Numbered from the whole stretch's first letter, positions 38,874 to 52,611 are shown. The stretch is 63,075 nt of DNA, filler included, from Diploschistes diacapsis (GCA_023645945.1; 35 parts of 35 records of this genome joined end to end with filler, not necessarily neighbours in it); one strand, 5' to 3'. A program made the numbers and translations. The notes: generated from the sequence alone by a model not told the origin.

Positions 38874-39318
38874 TATAATAAAAGCACGGACACGGATATT
38901 ACGGTTAAAAATTTTAAAACACGGACCTTTTTACGGACATTATATTATAATAAATTTATCGAAATATTATCGTGAATTTATCGAAACACCGCGATAAAAA
39001 AATAAAAGCGTAAAAAATAAACGTGATAATTCTAAAACTATTAAAAAATAAATATTGTTTAAAAATATTTCGGTGAATGCACGGACATGACAATAAATTC
39101 ATTAACACGGATATTACGATTAAAAATTTTAAAACACGGATACTTCCACGGACACTATATTATAATAAAAACACGGACACGGACACTACGACTAAAAATT
39201 TTAAAATACGGACACTTCCACGGATATTACATTATAGTGAAAGCACGGACACGGACATTACGGCTAAAAATTTTAAAACCCGGACACTGCCACGGCCGTG
39301 TCCGTGACGGCCAGCCTA
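38874..39318. mobile_element. hAT-like TAGGCTGGCC family, terminal fragment
   Basis: Ends ACGGCCAGCCTA; 72-bp repeats; internal copy at 41010-41335. Confidence 0.8.
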
Positions 39319-40349
39319 GGTTAGACGTCCCGCTGGCTTTCGGATGGGTATTACGTTATCGCTCTCTTTATAACTTTTAGATAGTCTTAATTTTTAAAGA
39401 ATGAATGTCTTATTTTTTTTAAACTTGACTGAACTGGTTTTAATGATTTTTTAAATATCGGGTATTTAAATCTTATATTATTTATCGATATTGATATATC
39501 CGATTATTATATTTAGTTTTATTTTATTTATCAATTTATTTTATCGTTTAAATAACGATTTAAGATTTACGTAATTATAGTATATTGATTTTTAGATACG
39601 GATATTATTTATTAACGGCTTTTCGTTTAATTAATGTTCGGTAAACGTCGCGATTAAATCGTTTAATTTAGATTTTATTATTATCTTATTTCGGATATAA
39701 TATTAGGTTAATACTATTTCGTTCTAAAAAAACGTATCTTTGTTTCGCTTTTTTAAATATGGTATGGATGTTCATTTCGGTAATTAATATGGATTTTTCG
39801 GTAATATTATTTTAGTTTAACGTGTATGGTACTATCGGTTTTATTTAAATTCCTAAACTTCTTTCTTAATCTTCGATTATAAAGATTAGTTTAGGTACAT
39901 TATCGAAACGTACCGTTTTTAGTTATTTACTGTTTTGGAATTCTATATTCATTTTTTAAAGTTGTAAAATACGAATAATATCCTTTCGAGTTTTATAATG
40001 AATAAATCAGGTTCTTCGCGAATAATTGTTAATAATTTCTATAAGGTATTGATTNNNNNNNNNNNNNNNNNNNNNNNNNNNNNNNNNNNNNNNNNNNNTT
40101 AATTAATTAANNNNNNNNNNNNNNNNNNNNNNNNNNNNNNNNNNNNNNNNNNNNATATAAGGAAATAAGTCTAAGAATACGGCTACGTCGAAAAAGGAGT
40201 ATTAAAGATAATAAGTTTTTAAGTATTTTAATTACCGGAAAAATATAGGATTATATTAGGATATCAAGATAACGGGATAGAGATTTTTTATTAATAAGAT
40301 TTATATAGAGTTCGTTATAGGACAGCGAACTATTGAAAAAAGGATCGTA

Positions 40350-40584
40350 TATAAATATAAAAGTAAGCCGCAGACTTGATAAGGGTGGTCCTTACAGGGC
40401 AGCTTTATTTAAGGAGGCCTGCTAGGTAGCTCTAGACAATCAATGAATCCTACACCTCACAAATGTCCTACCTAGGTATGCTGTTGACTACGAAATCATA
40501 CTACATTCCCCTACTACACCATCTACGACTATCTACCTATTATAGCAAGGAAAGTCTCCCTAGACAGCGCGCCTTGTGTTTATA
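40350..40584 (+). mobile_element. LTR family E, 3' LTR
   Basis: Purine tract upstream; upstream flank shared with 55660 and 57670 copies. Confidence 0.9.
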
Positions 40585-41010
40585 ATAGAAGCGTCGTTAA
40601 TACATTAAATTTACATAACGTTATTTGAAGGATATAACGTTCTCAAAAATATTATCTTAAAAATCAATAAGAGTTTATACGGACTAAAGTAGGCAGTAAA
40701 GGACTAACACAAGGAATACAATAATACAATCCTGGACCTAGGATTTAAAAGAGACGATACCGATTTTTATATTTTTATTTTATAAAGTCGAAAGCTATTA
40801 ATTGGCTTATACGTCGACGATATTATCGTAATAATATTAAAACTATAAGACGTGAACTGGTTTAAGAGAATTCTCGTTGAACGTTATAAGATTAAAGATC
40901 TAAAAAAGATTAAAAAGATCCTAGAAATAAGAATTTAGAGACAACGCTAAAAAAAAGTTCAGCTAAACCTTAATTAAAAAGCTTACGTTAAAAAGATGCT
41001 CGATCGGTTA
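40585..41010 (+). mobile_element. RIPed Copia reverse transcriptase remnant
   Basis: KSLYGLK*A and LYVDDI motifs. Confidence 0.88.
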
Positions 41011-41435
41011 AAAGCACGGACACGGATATTACGACTAAAAATTTTAAAACACGGACACTTCCACGGACACTACCGCCAAAAAATTTAAAACACGATACTA
41101 CCACGGATACTATATTATAATAAATTTATCGAAATATTACCGTGAATCCACCGAAACACCGCGATAAAAAAATAAAAACGTAAAAAATAAACGTAATAAT
41201 TCTAAAACTTTTAAAAAATAAATATTATTTAAAAGTATTTCGATAAATATACGGACACGATAATAAATCTATTAACACGAATATTACGATTAAAAATTTT
41301 AAAACACGGACACTTCCACGGACACTACATTATAANNNNNNNNNNNNNNNNNNNNNNNNNNNNNNNNNNNNNNNNNNNNTTAATTAATTAANNNNNNNNN
41401 NNNNNNNNNNNNNNNNNNNNNNNNNNNNNNNNNNN

Positions 41436-42020
41436 ATGCCGTAAAGTAGGCCATATAGTACGCATAGTTTTTAAAAGATATTGAATATTTAAAGCTTATA
41501 AAACTATCTTTATTTATTATTAAATTATTAAGAAACAATATGGGTTCTTTAAATCTAATAAAGCACGCGAGAATCAACGATCAATTAAAATATATCGATA
41601 TTACTTATTATTATATACGGGATTTAGTTAAACGAGACCGTATTAATGTTGTTTATATACTTATAGAAAAGATAGTTGCCGACGGATTAACGAAATTACT
41701 AAATTACGCCAAATACGATATATTCGTTAAAGAACTTAGACTAATATAGAAAACAATTAGCTAAATTAAATAAACATATCGATGGTTCCGCTCGTAAGAG
41801 AATATTAAGCAGGTAAGCAGAATATATGGCTGAGAATTCAACTGAACCTCAGATTCAAGTTTAATTTAGCTAAACCTATTAAGATTCCTATTAATCCTAA
41901 TCGGGAGTAATGCAAGTCTATAGGGCTTAATGGATCCCATTGGTATAAAAGCTTGCATGTAGACTATTCCTTCTAGTTAGATCTCAAGATATCTAGACTT
42001 CAATACATTGCGTTGCCCAA
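41436..42020 (+). mobile_element. Copia RNase H remnant plus 3' LTR (family H variant, from 41803)
   Basis: KYIDITYYYIRDLV..IVADGLTK. Confidence 0.85.
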
Positions 42021-42288
42021 AAATTACGATAAATAAAAAAAGAGTATTATACGATACTCCCCGAATCGGAATTAAGGAAAATCTTAATTAATAAATTTAA
42101 TTACGAGAAATAAAGACTCGTATTAATGAGAATATTAATAAGAAAAAAGATGATTACCTTTTAGAAATCCTTAAAAAGTATTATTAGTAACTATACCTCT
42201 TTTAGGAAGAGATAGGCTTACGAATACTCCCTAATTACAAATTATAGGATCATGTTATCGAACTTATAGACGGAAAAATCCTAAAGTT

Positions 42289-42579
42289 CATCACGAAAAG
42301 TTTTTGTCGGCGAAACACCGCGAAAATCCGCGAGGTTGGCGAAACTGACGAAACCGGCGAGGTGGGCGACAGATAATGCGTTCAAGCAACTCGCCAACTT
42401 TCGCCAAAAGGTTTGGCGAAACACGGCGAAACTGGCGAAACCGGCGAAACCGGCGAAACTAACGAAACTAACGAAACTGGCGAAAGCTGGCGAAGATGGC
42501 GAGGCCAATCATTTTTTTATTAATATATTACGTAAGCGAAAAAAATCAATAATTATATAATCATAATTACGTAATTATT

Positions 42580-42614
<35 letters not shown>

Positions 42615-42616
42615 AT
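42289..42616 (+). mobile_element. Element terminus CATCACGAAAAGTTTTTG with 9-bp (GGCGAAACT) subterminal repeats
   Basis: Second copy at ~43613-43800 starts at the same base in a different flank. Confidence 0.65.
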
Positions 42617-42973
42617 NNNNNNNNNNNNNNNNNNNNNNNNNNNNNNNNNNNNNNNNNNNNTTAATTAATTAANNNNNNNNNNNNNNNNNNNNNNNNNNNN
42701 NNNNNNNNNNNNNNNNTAATATATCAATATTCGACCGAACGTTCGCGTATTTAAAATTTTTTAATCAACCGTTATAAATCGATTTAATAAAAAATAAATA
42801 AATTTAAATAATTACGAATCGGTTTAAATCCTTTCAAATTAAAAAAAAAGATATTAATATCTCATAAATTATATATCTTATATAAACCGGCGTTCCTGCA
42901 TCATTTACGTTAATAATAAATATAATTAAAAAAATTCGACGCGAACGAATTTAATTCGGATCGAATTTAAAAA

Positions 42974-43591
42974 TAGGCTGGCCGGTACTGACACTGACAG
43001 TGTCAGTGTTAGTGTTTTAGATTTTTTAGCTACGGTGTCCGTGTCCGTGGATTCACGGAAGTGCAGTGTCCGTATTAATATTAATATTTTAAAATTTTTA
43101 GTTGCGGTGTTCGTGTCCGTGTTTTTATTATAATATAATATCAATATTAGTGTTCGTGTTTTAAAATTTTTTGCTGCGGTATTCGTGTCAGTGGATTTAC
43201 GGAAATATAATGTCCGTGTCCGTGTATTCACCGAAACAATTTTTTTTAATAATTTTGGAATTATCACGCCTATTTCTCACGTTTTTTTAAAAATTTTTTT
43301 TATTATGGTGTTCCGATGAATTCACTGCAGTATTAGTGTTAATGTTAATGGATTCACGGAAATGTAATATTAATATTAATCTTAAGTTTTTAAATTTTTT
43401 AGCTGCGGTGTCCGTGTTCGTGCTCTTATAGCAGTGTAGTGTTAATGCTAATGTTAATGTTTTAGATTTTTTAGTTGCGGTGTCCGTGTCCGTGCTTTTA
43501 TTGCAGTGCATTGTCAGTGTCAGGGTCAGTGTCGAGAAAATTTTTGTTGCGGTGTCAGTGTCAGTGTCCGTGGCACGGAACGGCCAGCCTA
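42974..43591. mobile_element. Complete 618-bp non-autonomous hAT-like element with 8-bp TSD TTTAAAAA
   Basis: TIR TAGGCTGGCCG at both ends; TTTAAAAA at 42966-42973 and 43592-43599. Confidence 0.85.
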
Positions 43592-43996
43592 TTTAAAAAT
43601 CACGATTATAACATCACGAAAAGTTTTTGGCGGCGAAACACCGCGAAAATCCGCGAAGTTGGCGAAACTGGCGAAAGCTGGTGAAACTAGCGAAACTGGC
43701 GAAACCGGCGAAGATGGCGAGGCCAATCATTTTTTTACTAATATATTACGTAAGCAAAAAAATTAATGATTATAATATAATACTAATAATATTATCATAT
43801 TATATAGTTACTGTATTTTCGCTGAGTTAATAAATTATTAATAATATTCTAGTTAATTAGTATTAGTGGTATCGGATTTAACGGGATCTACAAGGTNNNN
43901 NNNNNNNNNNNNNNNNNNNNNNNNNNNNNNNNNNNNNNNNTTAATTAATTAANNNNNNNNNNNNNNNNNNNNNNNNNNNNNNNNNNNNNNNNNNNN

Positions 43997-44523
43997 GTTT
44001 TAAATAGTTCTAAAAATATTTTAATCAATATTAATATTTTTTAATAATCGATTTTACGTTGAAATCCCATTTTAAATATTTTTTGTCTTTGTATGACATT
44101 TTATACTTATCTTGATCCGACCGGCCGCGCATTTCGAGCTAAGCGTATTAAATTGATCATATCGCGTATATCGTTATATCGCGACGGAAAACTATATTCG
44201 ATTAAATTAATCGCACGTTTAAAAATCGTTTTTTCTTTTAACACGATTAAATTTATTAAATTAATCAAGATATCGTGTCTTAAAGTACGACCATCGCGTT
44301 AAACAATAGACGTCGTACGAGGAATCTTATATATTTAAAATACGCGTTTTATGTTAAAATTTAGGTTTTATTTGATAGCCTGAAGTACTATTATGATTCT
44401 ATTTTTAATTAAAGATGATTCCATAATCGTATGTGTAGAAATATGATATAAAAGTTGAAAGTTCGTAAAATCGGGTGGGAGGTGTCCGCTCGCTATGAGT
44501 GTCCGCTCGCTATGCATACACGT
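43997..44523 (-). mobile_element. pogo/Fot1 left TIR plus RIPed transposase N-terminus
   Basis: ACGTGTATGCATAGCGAGCGGACAC terminus with internal repeat; MESS..NRII.VLQAI..IYKIPRTT; copy at 52621. Confidence 0.8.
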
Positions 44524-45434
44524 TATTCTATTAAGAACGATTTGTTTCTTGTTTTTAAATAGGCTTTTTATATAATTATTGGTCCAAAAAACGTACGAAT
44601 AGGTTTTAAAGCTATTAAATTTGTTCCGTACGATATAAAAAAGATAATTAATAATCTAGGTTTTAAATTTTATACGTTTACATTTTCGAATGCTCGTTTA
44701 ACGAGTTCTATATTTATTAATTTAAATACGCCCCGTACGGCGAAAGATGCTTTACGAGATTTTATAAATCTAAAATCTAGAATTATTAAATATTAAAATA
44801 ATTATTTTATATATTTATACGAGTTAATTGATATATAGTTCAAAAACATTTTTAAATTAACGTATAAAATAATAGTTTCTAAAATCGAGATTAAGATATT
44901 TCGTACGATAAATAAAGCATTTAATAAACGAAGAAAAATTAAAAAAACGCGCGTACGAGTTAAAGAATGTTACGATCCAAGTACCAGACTTGGCACGTCC
45001 CAGCTTTCTTATATATAGGCCAGCCGCGGTGACACGGGTCACGTGACTAATAGATGTCTAATAATAAATGTCTGTCGGGATAAATCTGCTCGGACAACTT
45101 TTTATTAATAATAACGCTATCGCGACAGCTTCGCTGTCGACGACTAATTATTATCTTGAATTATATATAAAAACGTNNNNNNNNNNNNNNNNNNNNNNNN
45201 NNNNNNNNNNNNNNNNNNNNTTAATTAATTAANNNNNNNNNNNNNNNNNNNNNNNNNNNNNNNNNNNNNNNNNNNNGTTATTTAGAGATAATCAGATATC
45301 TTTTTCCTTTTTCTTTTTATATTTTTATAAATAATGTCTTTTTGTCATGTTTAAAGTTTTTAGATCGTAACCTTCTCCTTATCTTTCGTAAGATGTAGAA
45401 GGGTCCTTAAACAAGTCTTTAGGTTGGCCCCTAT

Positions 45435-45669
45435 TATAAACATAAGACGCGCTGTTTAGGGAGACTTCCCTTGCTGTAGTAGGTAGGTAGTCGTAGGTAA
45501 TGTAGTAAATGAATGTAATGTGATCTCGTAGTTAATAGCATACCCAGGTAGGATATTTATGAGGTGTAGGATGCATTCCTTGTCTAGAGCTACCTAGCAG
45601 GCCTCCTTAAATGGAGCTGCCCTGTGGGGACTCCCTCCACCAAGTCTACCGCCTACTTTTATGTTTACA
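45435..45669 (-). mobile_element. LTR family E, 5' LTR
   Basis: Family match; PBS-side flank shared with 34387 and 62064 copies. Confidence 0.9.
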
Positions 45670-46796
45670 ATAGGTTTATTTTAATTTCTAAAAAGATTAT
45701 TATTTAATAATAAAAATAAACGAATATAAATTAATCTCGAATAATCATTAAAAATATTTATAAAAATAAACACACCCTGATTTATAAGAATTATAACGCG
45801 TTCTTATATAACCAACTACTCTTTAACGGAATAAATTAATAAATAAATAAAACTACCGTTCTCCCGTTCTACCTACAGAAAGTAAAATAACTTCTAAGGC
45901 TTTCTATTCATCACGTGATTAGTGTCACCATGATTAAACTATATACAAGGAATGGTTGGGTTAGGCCCGATCAGCTGTGAAGTGCCAAGTGGACTACCAC
46001 CTAGCTACTTGGATCGTAACATTTGGTAGGCGACGGCTATTTTTCGTTTAGTCTAAAATGATAGAAAAATTATGAAAAACGTTACACAACCGCTGTATAA
46101 CGTCGAAAAAACGTTTTTTTTATATTTTTATTGAAGTCTACGCATGAAACCGCTTATAATGATATATTCAAAAACATATTTTTTGCTGCGTTATGACCAA
46201 ATTTAAAAGATAAAATAGTACGTGTTTTCGAGTCGTTATTTTCAATTCGTTTTAAAAAAAATAACTACTGATATAATCAATATGCACTTTTCGCGTATGA
46301 TATGCGATTGAGTTAATAATAATAGTTCAAAAAAAATCAAAAATAACGATTAAATTCGAAGAGTTATTAAAGATTTAAAATATTTCTTGGCAAAAGTGGC
46401 CGAGCTGACCGTGAAACACGTTATGGCAGCTGTAGCTGCTTTACCCTAGCTTATTTNNNNNNNNNNNNNNNNNNNNNNNNNNNNNNNNNNNNNNNNNNNN
46501 TTAATTAATTAANNNNNNNNNNNNNNNNNNNNNNNNNNNNNNNNNNNNNNNNNNNNTGCTGTGCGAAGCGCTTAATTTGAAAAACCGTAATAGAAATAAA
46601 GTAACCTTAATAAAAAGACTGACCTTAATATGCGAAAATAAAAAGAAGTTAGGCGAACTTAAAACCGGCAAAGACACTTATTTACTATTTAAAAAAAATA
46701 GTCGACCAATCAGATCCTCGAATAAACTCGATAGTTATAAATTCTTTAACCGAATACTACAAGTACAAGCTCCTAATTATAACGAAATATTAAGAT

Positions 46797-46967
46797 TGTA
46801 ACGCCCAAAGGTGTGCCCTGGGGTTCAGGTCCCCTTGCTGCCACAGCCACGCACCTACATATAGTGTAATAGGGAAACAGTGCTTCGGGGGTTCCTGATA
46901 GCATTGTGTTAGTCTTTTGGCTCAGTGGGATAGCGCTACCCTATTAGGCACTACCCCCGCTGTTACA
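46797..46967 (+). mobile_element. LTR family C variant with a different 5' U3
   Basis: TGTAAC...TGTTACA; 3' ~130 bp match family C; no TSD. Confidence 0.85.
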
Positions 46968-47560
46968 CAATATTTACGGTATTACGTTAATTAGAATATG
47001 GATAATTAAATTAAACTGTTATCAAACGTCGAATACTATTTTAACAATAAATACAGAAAGATTAAAAAGATTTAAAATACATAATCACTTAATAACGAAG
47101 TATTAAACGATATTAGAAGACTAAAAATCTTAAAAAAGAATCTTTAGCTGAAAGAAAGAAATAAGGTCTATTTATACACGGATAATCTTAAGACACGCAG
47201 ACTTTTTAAGAAGCTCGATTATATTAAAGTCGGATCTTTCTTTATCGATAAATAACCCGTTATACCGGACGAAACTAAACGAGTTAATTATCGATTTAAG
47301 TTATTAAAGGACGCGAAAGTTTATTTAATATTCTATTTCCGATACCTCGAATTAATATATTTAAATATATCGTTATAAAAAACCTTCTATTTCGAACCTA
47401 ATAATAAAAATAAATACGAAGTCGAAAAGATTCTAAATAATAATTCTAAAGGATTCCTTATTAAGTAGAAAGAATACCCTTTAAAACAGAACACGTAAAA
47501 GTTCCTAGAAAACTTAAACAACTGTAAGAACAAGATAAAAGAATACCGTAGACTTATTAG
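46968..47560 (+). mobile_element. RIPed chromovirus integrase C-terminus and chromodomain
   Basis: KVYLYTDNLKTRR..KKLD..KVG.F (GPY/F module); KYEVEKIL..FLIK*KEYP...NT*. Confidence 0.85.
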
Positions 47561-47836
47561 CCAAGGAAACCAGTTGGCTAGATAGCGGTACCTTTATTTA
47601 ATAAAGGCAACTCCCCGGAATCATCAGCGAAAAAAGATAAATTTCCGTTAAGAATCTCCGCCTTAAATATCGATATATTAATCATAATATGATTTAAATC
47701 TTTATTTTCCGCAATTAATGATTCCGTTAAATATTCNNNNNNNNNNNNNNNNNNNNNNNNNNNNNNNNNNNNNNNNNNNNTTAATTAATTAANNNNNNNN
47801 NNNNNNNNNNNNNNNNNNNNNNNNNNNNNNNNNNNN

Positions 47837-48351
47837 TAATATCATTTTTTATTACATTTATCGTTATATTTTCGATTATTTTTTTATAAACACGGATATT
47901 ATATCGTGATATATTCACGAACACGGATATTAACACGGATATTATATTATAATATATTTACGAATACGGATATAATAATTAAATATTTTTCGGCACGGAT
48001 ATTAACACGGACATTATACTATAATAAAAGCACGGACACGGATATCGTAATAAAAACTTTCTCGCCACAGATATTAATACGGATACTATATTATAATAAA
48101 AATACGGACACGGACACCGTAGTAAAAAATTTCTCGACACGAATATTAACACGGATATTATATTGTAATAAAAGCACGGATATGGATATCGTAATAAAAA
48201 ATTTCTCGGCACGGATATTGAGACGGACATTACATTATAGTAAAAGCACGGACACGGACACCGTAGTTAAAAAATCTAAAATACTAACACTGACACTGCG
48301 GTGTCCGTGACACGGACACCGGTAGTGTCAGTGTCAGTGACGGCCAGCCTA
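47837..48351. mobile_element. hAT-like TAGGCTGGCC family fragment with ~5 tandem 72-bp units
   Basis: Ends CGGCCAGCCTA; 24-codon period in the spurious ORF 47906-48310. Confidence 0.85.
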
Positions 48352-49903
48352 ACTTAAACATCCTTAAAATAAATATCTTAAATAATATAACCGGGAAATC
48401 GCCGTTAATAACTAGATCCGTATTATAAGTACCGCGACGAGTAATAACGCCATTAAAAGAAACCGATGTTTATATAATAGATAATACGATAGTTAAAGGA
48501 AACGATTTCGGAAGTAACGATAAGCCTGACAGAAACATTTTTAAATAATTTATCATAAAAGTAACAAAACTTATAACGTTTTATGATCATCGCAAGAAAT
48601 TAAAATATTAGATATTGTAATTTTCCATGTACTTTTATTAAAACGAGCTAATTATTAACGAATAAAAAAAAGATGTATTTTCGCCGTCGGCTTTTTGCGT
48701 GACCGCGTATTAATATAGATAAGATTTTACCTCGGCGCGTACTTAAAAGACCAAAAAAATAGTTACGGAATGTTTAAGAACTTCGTAGGATTTAAAAAAT
48801 AAGTTCGATTAGTCTTCGATATTATTAACGATAGAAAATACGCGATTTGTTTGGCAACGTAATGGATATATCGAAGTCTAGAGGTCTTATTTAGGAGGTT
48901 ATTCTACTTTGCAGACTTTTATCCTCGTAGAATACGTTAAGCCCTATTACCTACATTATTCCTTATTCGGTTTAATTAGAATTCCAAGAAATTCAACTGA
49001 ACTAAACCTTAGAATNNNNNNNNNNNNNNNNNNNNNNNNNNNNNNNNNNNNNNNNNNNNTTAATTAATTAANNNNNNNNNNNNNNNNNNNNNNNNNNNNN
49101 NNNNNNNNNNNNNNNCATCATGATTTCTTAATAAATATTCGCACATCACTATATACGGATACAATTTTCTTGTAAATAAAAGACGAATCTTGACCTCGTT
49201 ATATATATACTCGCGATCTATTACTGTACAATCATTAATTAAAAGTAATAATTATAATGACCTCCTGATTATCCGCTTAATGGACAGATCTAAATTCGCT
49301 AGGAAGATTAAGTTGCCCGTACGCGAAGAAGCCGCGCGCCTGAGCTCCGCAAATACGCGGTTACTTCGTACACCATAAGAACTACACACTAGTCCGCCAA
49401 TCAGGGGCTAAGTAAGTAATACGAATGGACGAATACCCCCGCTAAGAAGAGCTGCAAGTGCGGCGATGGAAGAAGAAGGTAAGTCAAACTCTTTTGAAAG
49501 TATGCTCTCGCATGCAAGCAATGGAGTTGCTGATCTCCGGTACCCGTATACTAAAACATACACAGGATAAACTTCTGGCCTCTTATTCTTAAGCGAAGCG
49601 TAGGACTATATTTCTTAAACGAAGCGCAGAATTATATTGGTATATTAATGTATTTATGGGCGCAGAAAAAAACGTAGATAAGAAATTAACTCCGAAAGTC
49701 GTGTCAAGGGTTGGATTGGCTGAACTGAACTGAACTATTATGTGGTATCTTTTTTGCATTTACTTGCTTTAAACCTACTGCTTCCGTATCTACTAGTTTT
49801 AAAACCTATTGCTTTCGAACCTATTACTTTCGAATTTACAGTCACGTGCCAAAAGTAATGGTCCCTACCTAAATTGCAATAGACATCACCAACTTTGAAG
49901 ATA

Positions 49904-50294
49904 CGATGCGCACCCAAATAATGTCCCATAAATGCGCTTTTTAGATCATTTTGAAGCTCTTTATTCGTAGTATCTATTAATACTTTGTTTACCATCCCTA
50001 CGCGTCGTATACAGCTTGAATTCGCGTAAATATCGAATAGATTAATCGAACAAATAAATCCCACTTCTTATCTATTATAATTTAAACGAATACCTCGATA
50101 ATAATAGCTTTTAAAGCCTGTTTCTTATTGTTCTTGCTTTTACGCATTGTTTTAAGCTCTAGATGAAGCCGAAATACTTTTTCTTTTAATCTGGGCCAAA
50201 GATACTCTATAGCGTTCAAATCTAAATTATAAGATAGATAATCGATAATCTAGACGCCGAAAATTTTCAAAAGCGTTTTAATAACGTTTATAAT
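49904..50294 (-). mobile_element. Tc1-like transposase C-terminal remnant and probable right end
   Basis: SYNLDLNAIEYLW..LK (RIPed SPDLNPIE.LW), RIQAV..A.GW.TKY stop; TA at 49902. Confidence 0.8.
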
Positions 50295-50867
50295 NNNNNN
50301 NNNNNNNNNNNNNNNNNNNNNNNNNNNNNNNNNNNNNNTTAATTAATTAANNNNNNNNNNNNNNNNNNNNNNNNNNNNNNNNNNNNNNNNNNNNATGTAA
50401 TCCTTTCTATTAAACTCAACATAGCGAGCGTACTTAACGGAAATAAAAAACATCCTAATACAGTCGTGAAAAAACAAACAAGAATTACAAAATAATATAT
50501 CTAAATAACCTCGAAAACGAATAATAGAACCTAAACGTTTCTTTTATTTCGAAAATAAAAAAGACATCGCTGTCCCACGATATAGGATTCTCTTTTATTT
50601 AATACTTATATTTACCCTTTAATACTTATCGGGCCGACAAGACTAAAGAAAAAAGATAATATTACGATCCAAATAACTAAATAATAGTCACTTAACACTT
50701 CACAGCTGATCGGGCCTAACTTAATCATTTCTTATATATAATCCAATCATAGTATCATTAATCACGTAATGAGTAGAAAGTCTTAGAGGCTATTTTACCT
50801 TCTATAAGTAGAACGGAAGAACGATAATTCTATTTATCTACTAATTTATTCCGTTAAAGAACAGTTG

Positions 50868-51573
50868 TGTAACAGATACCTGTGACAGTCCTCCGGGCGA
50901 GCGGAAGACGTCAGTTCTAGCACCGCGCCAAGGCCGCGGGCTTATATAAGAGGAGTTTTTAGTAAGAAGTCTCCTACTTTCTTTTCTAGAAATTAGTTTA
51001 TGAATATTATAATTATTATTATTATATTACTGTATTTTATCCTTTATAGTTCTAATTTTTCTTCCTTTAATGGAACAGTGGTCCGGTAGAATGGCGAAAG
51101 GAAAGCGAAAAGCCGCGACTACATCTTGAAATATTGAAAAATCGGTAGCAACCGTAGATCTAACGGAAACCGTTATTTTATCCCGACGGGAATTATTAAT
51201 ACATAACGAGACATTAACGGAATTCTTACGGTTAGCAACCGCAGAGGTCTCGCGAAAAAAAGAAATCGTCGAAAGAAAACGCGTTACCGTCGAAATTCTT
51301 AAATTAAACGAAAAAGATTAATCTCAAAACTCTATTATCGAAAAAAAATTTATCGAACGTAAACTCTTCGCGGTTTAATGGGGAACATATTTCTTGTCTT
51401 AAAAGAAAACGTTAAAAATTATTAAAAAAAAGAATTTAAGATTTAATTATAAAAATGATGAATCTAGAAATTTAAATTATGTTTCCGATAATCGAAACGG
51501 AATATAAAACGTAAATTATTCATAAACGAACCGTATTTAACGAACACGTTATTAATATTACGAAATATGTTCG
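50868..51573 (+). mobile_element. Element end, family B, inserted in an LTR F; ORF start MAKGKRKAAT at ~51092
   Basis: Copy of 2569-3410; TATATAA at ~50943. Confidence 0.75.
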
Positions 51574-52373
51574 NNNNNNNNNNNNNNNNNNNNNNNNNNN
51601 NNNNNNNNNNNNNNNNNTTAATTAATTAANNNNNNNNNNNNNNNNNNNNNNNNNNNNNNNNNNNNNNNNNNNNAAATAAGAATAATTAAATATTAAATAA
51701 GAATTATAAACTATCTCGAGAAAATATCGAAAAAACTTTATCTCGTTTACAAAACGAAAACGTCCCCTTTTTCTTATTACGATATATAACCTTACGTTAA
51801 CGACGAGTAAAAAAATTCATTATAAAAAAATAAAATGAAATACGATTTGCTTTACATAATTAAATATTTCGGTAAATTATCGGGCCGATAATACTAAAGA
51901 AAAAAGATAATATTACGATCTAGATATTTGACTTATCACGTCTCATCTATTTATTTAAGAACCTCGCGTAAACGTCGGTTATATAAATTATTAAAACGAG
52001 CGGCGCCGCTTTATATGTTTTATGAGAATAATAAGCAGCGCTTTTTCTATTCTATAGGAGTCGTCGTTACCGCTTCCTTCGCTTTTTAGGAGCTAGAGGA
52101 ATAGATACTAATATTCCGTCGAGAATTGTTATATATAAACTTTCGTATTAGGACTGCCTATATTCTATATATTTATTTTTATAGATATCTTTAGTCATTG
52201 CTCAAGATCAATCCATATTCGTTATTTTTTATCATTTAGAGCTTTCTTCCAGAAATAGTTTAAAATCTATAACTGATCTAACTTTCTTTTCCTAACAGTT
52301 ATTCCTCTCCAACAGAGACCAAATCTACTTTGATCAATACCTCGTGTCTACCTTGTAGAGATAGAGATCATAA

Positions 52374-52611
52374 TAGCAGAAGGCATGGCTGGGAGTTCGA
52401 CCGAGTTCTAGAGGGAGGTTCAGTTCAGCTGAACTCCGAGGTTCAATTCAGCTGAACTTTCTGGAATTCTAACAAAACCGATTTAGGAATAGTACAAATA
52501 ATAAAGCTTAGCGTATCCTATAAAAATAAAAGTCTATAAAGTAAAATAACCTCCTAGAAAGATCTCTAGATTTTAATATATCCATTACGGTATTAAATAG
52601 GTTATAAGCCC
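52374..52611 (+). mobile_element. Copia 5' LTR family H (cut by LTR F) plus RIPed PBS GGTTATAAGCCC
   Basis: Matches 11867-12081; PBS differs from 9945 by one G>A. Confidence 0.8.

Noticed and set aside
42336..42560. AKLAKP repeat peptide resembling an antimicrobial helix
   Set aside because: Translation of a 9-bp DNA repeat
47906..48310. Repetitive TRILYYNKSTDTD 'protein' (also 39077, 42926, 5708)
   Set aside because: Product of a 72-bp DNA repeat whose length is a multiple of three
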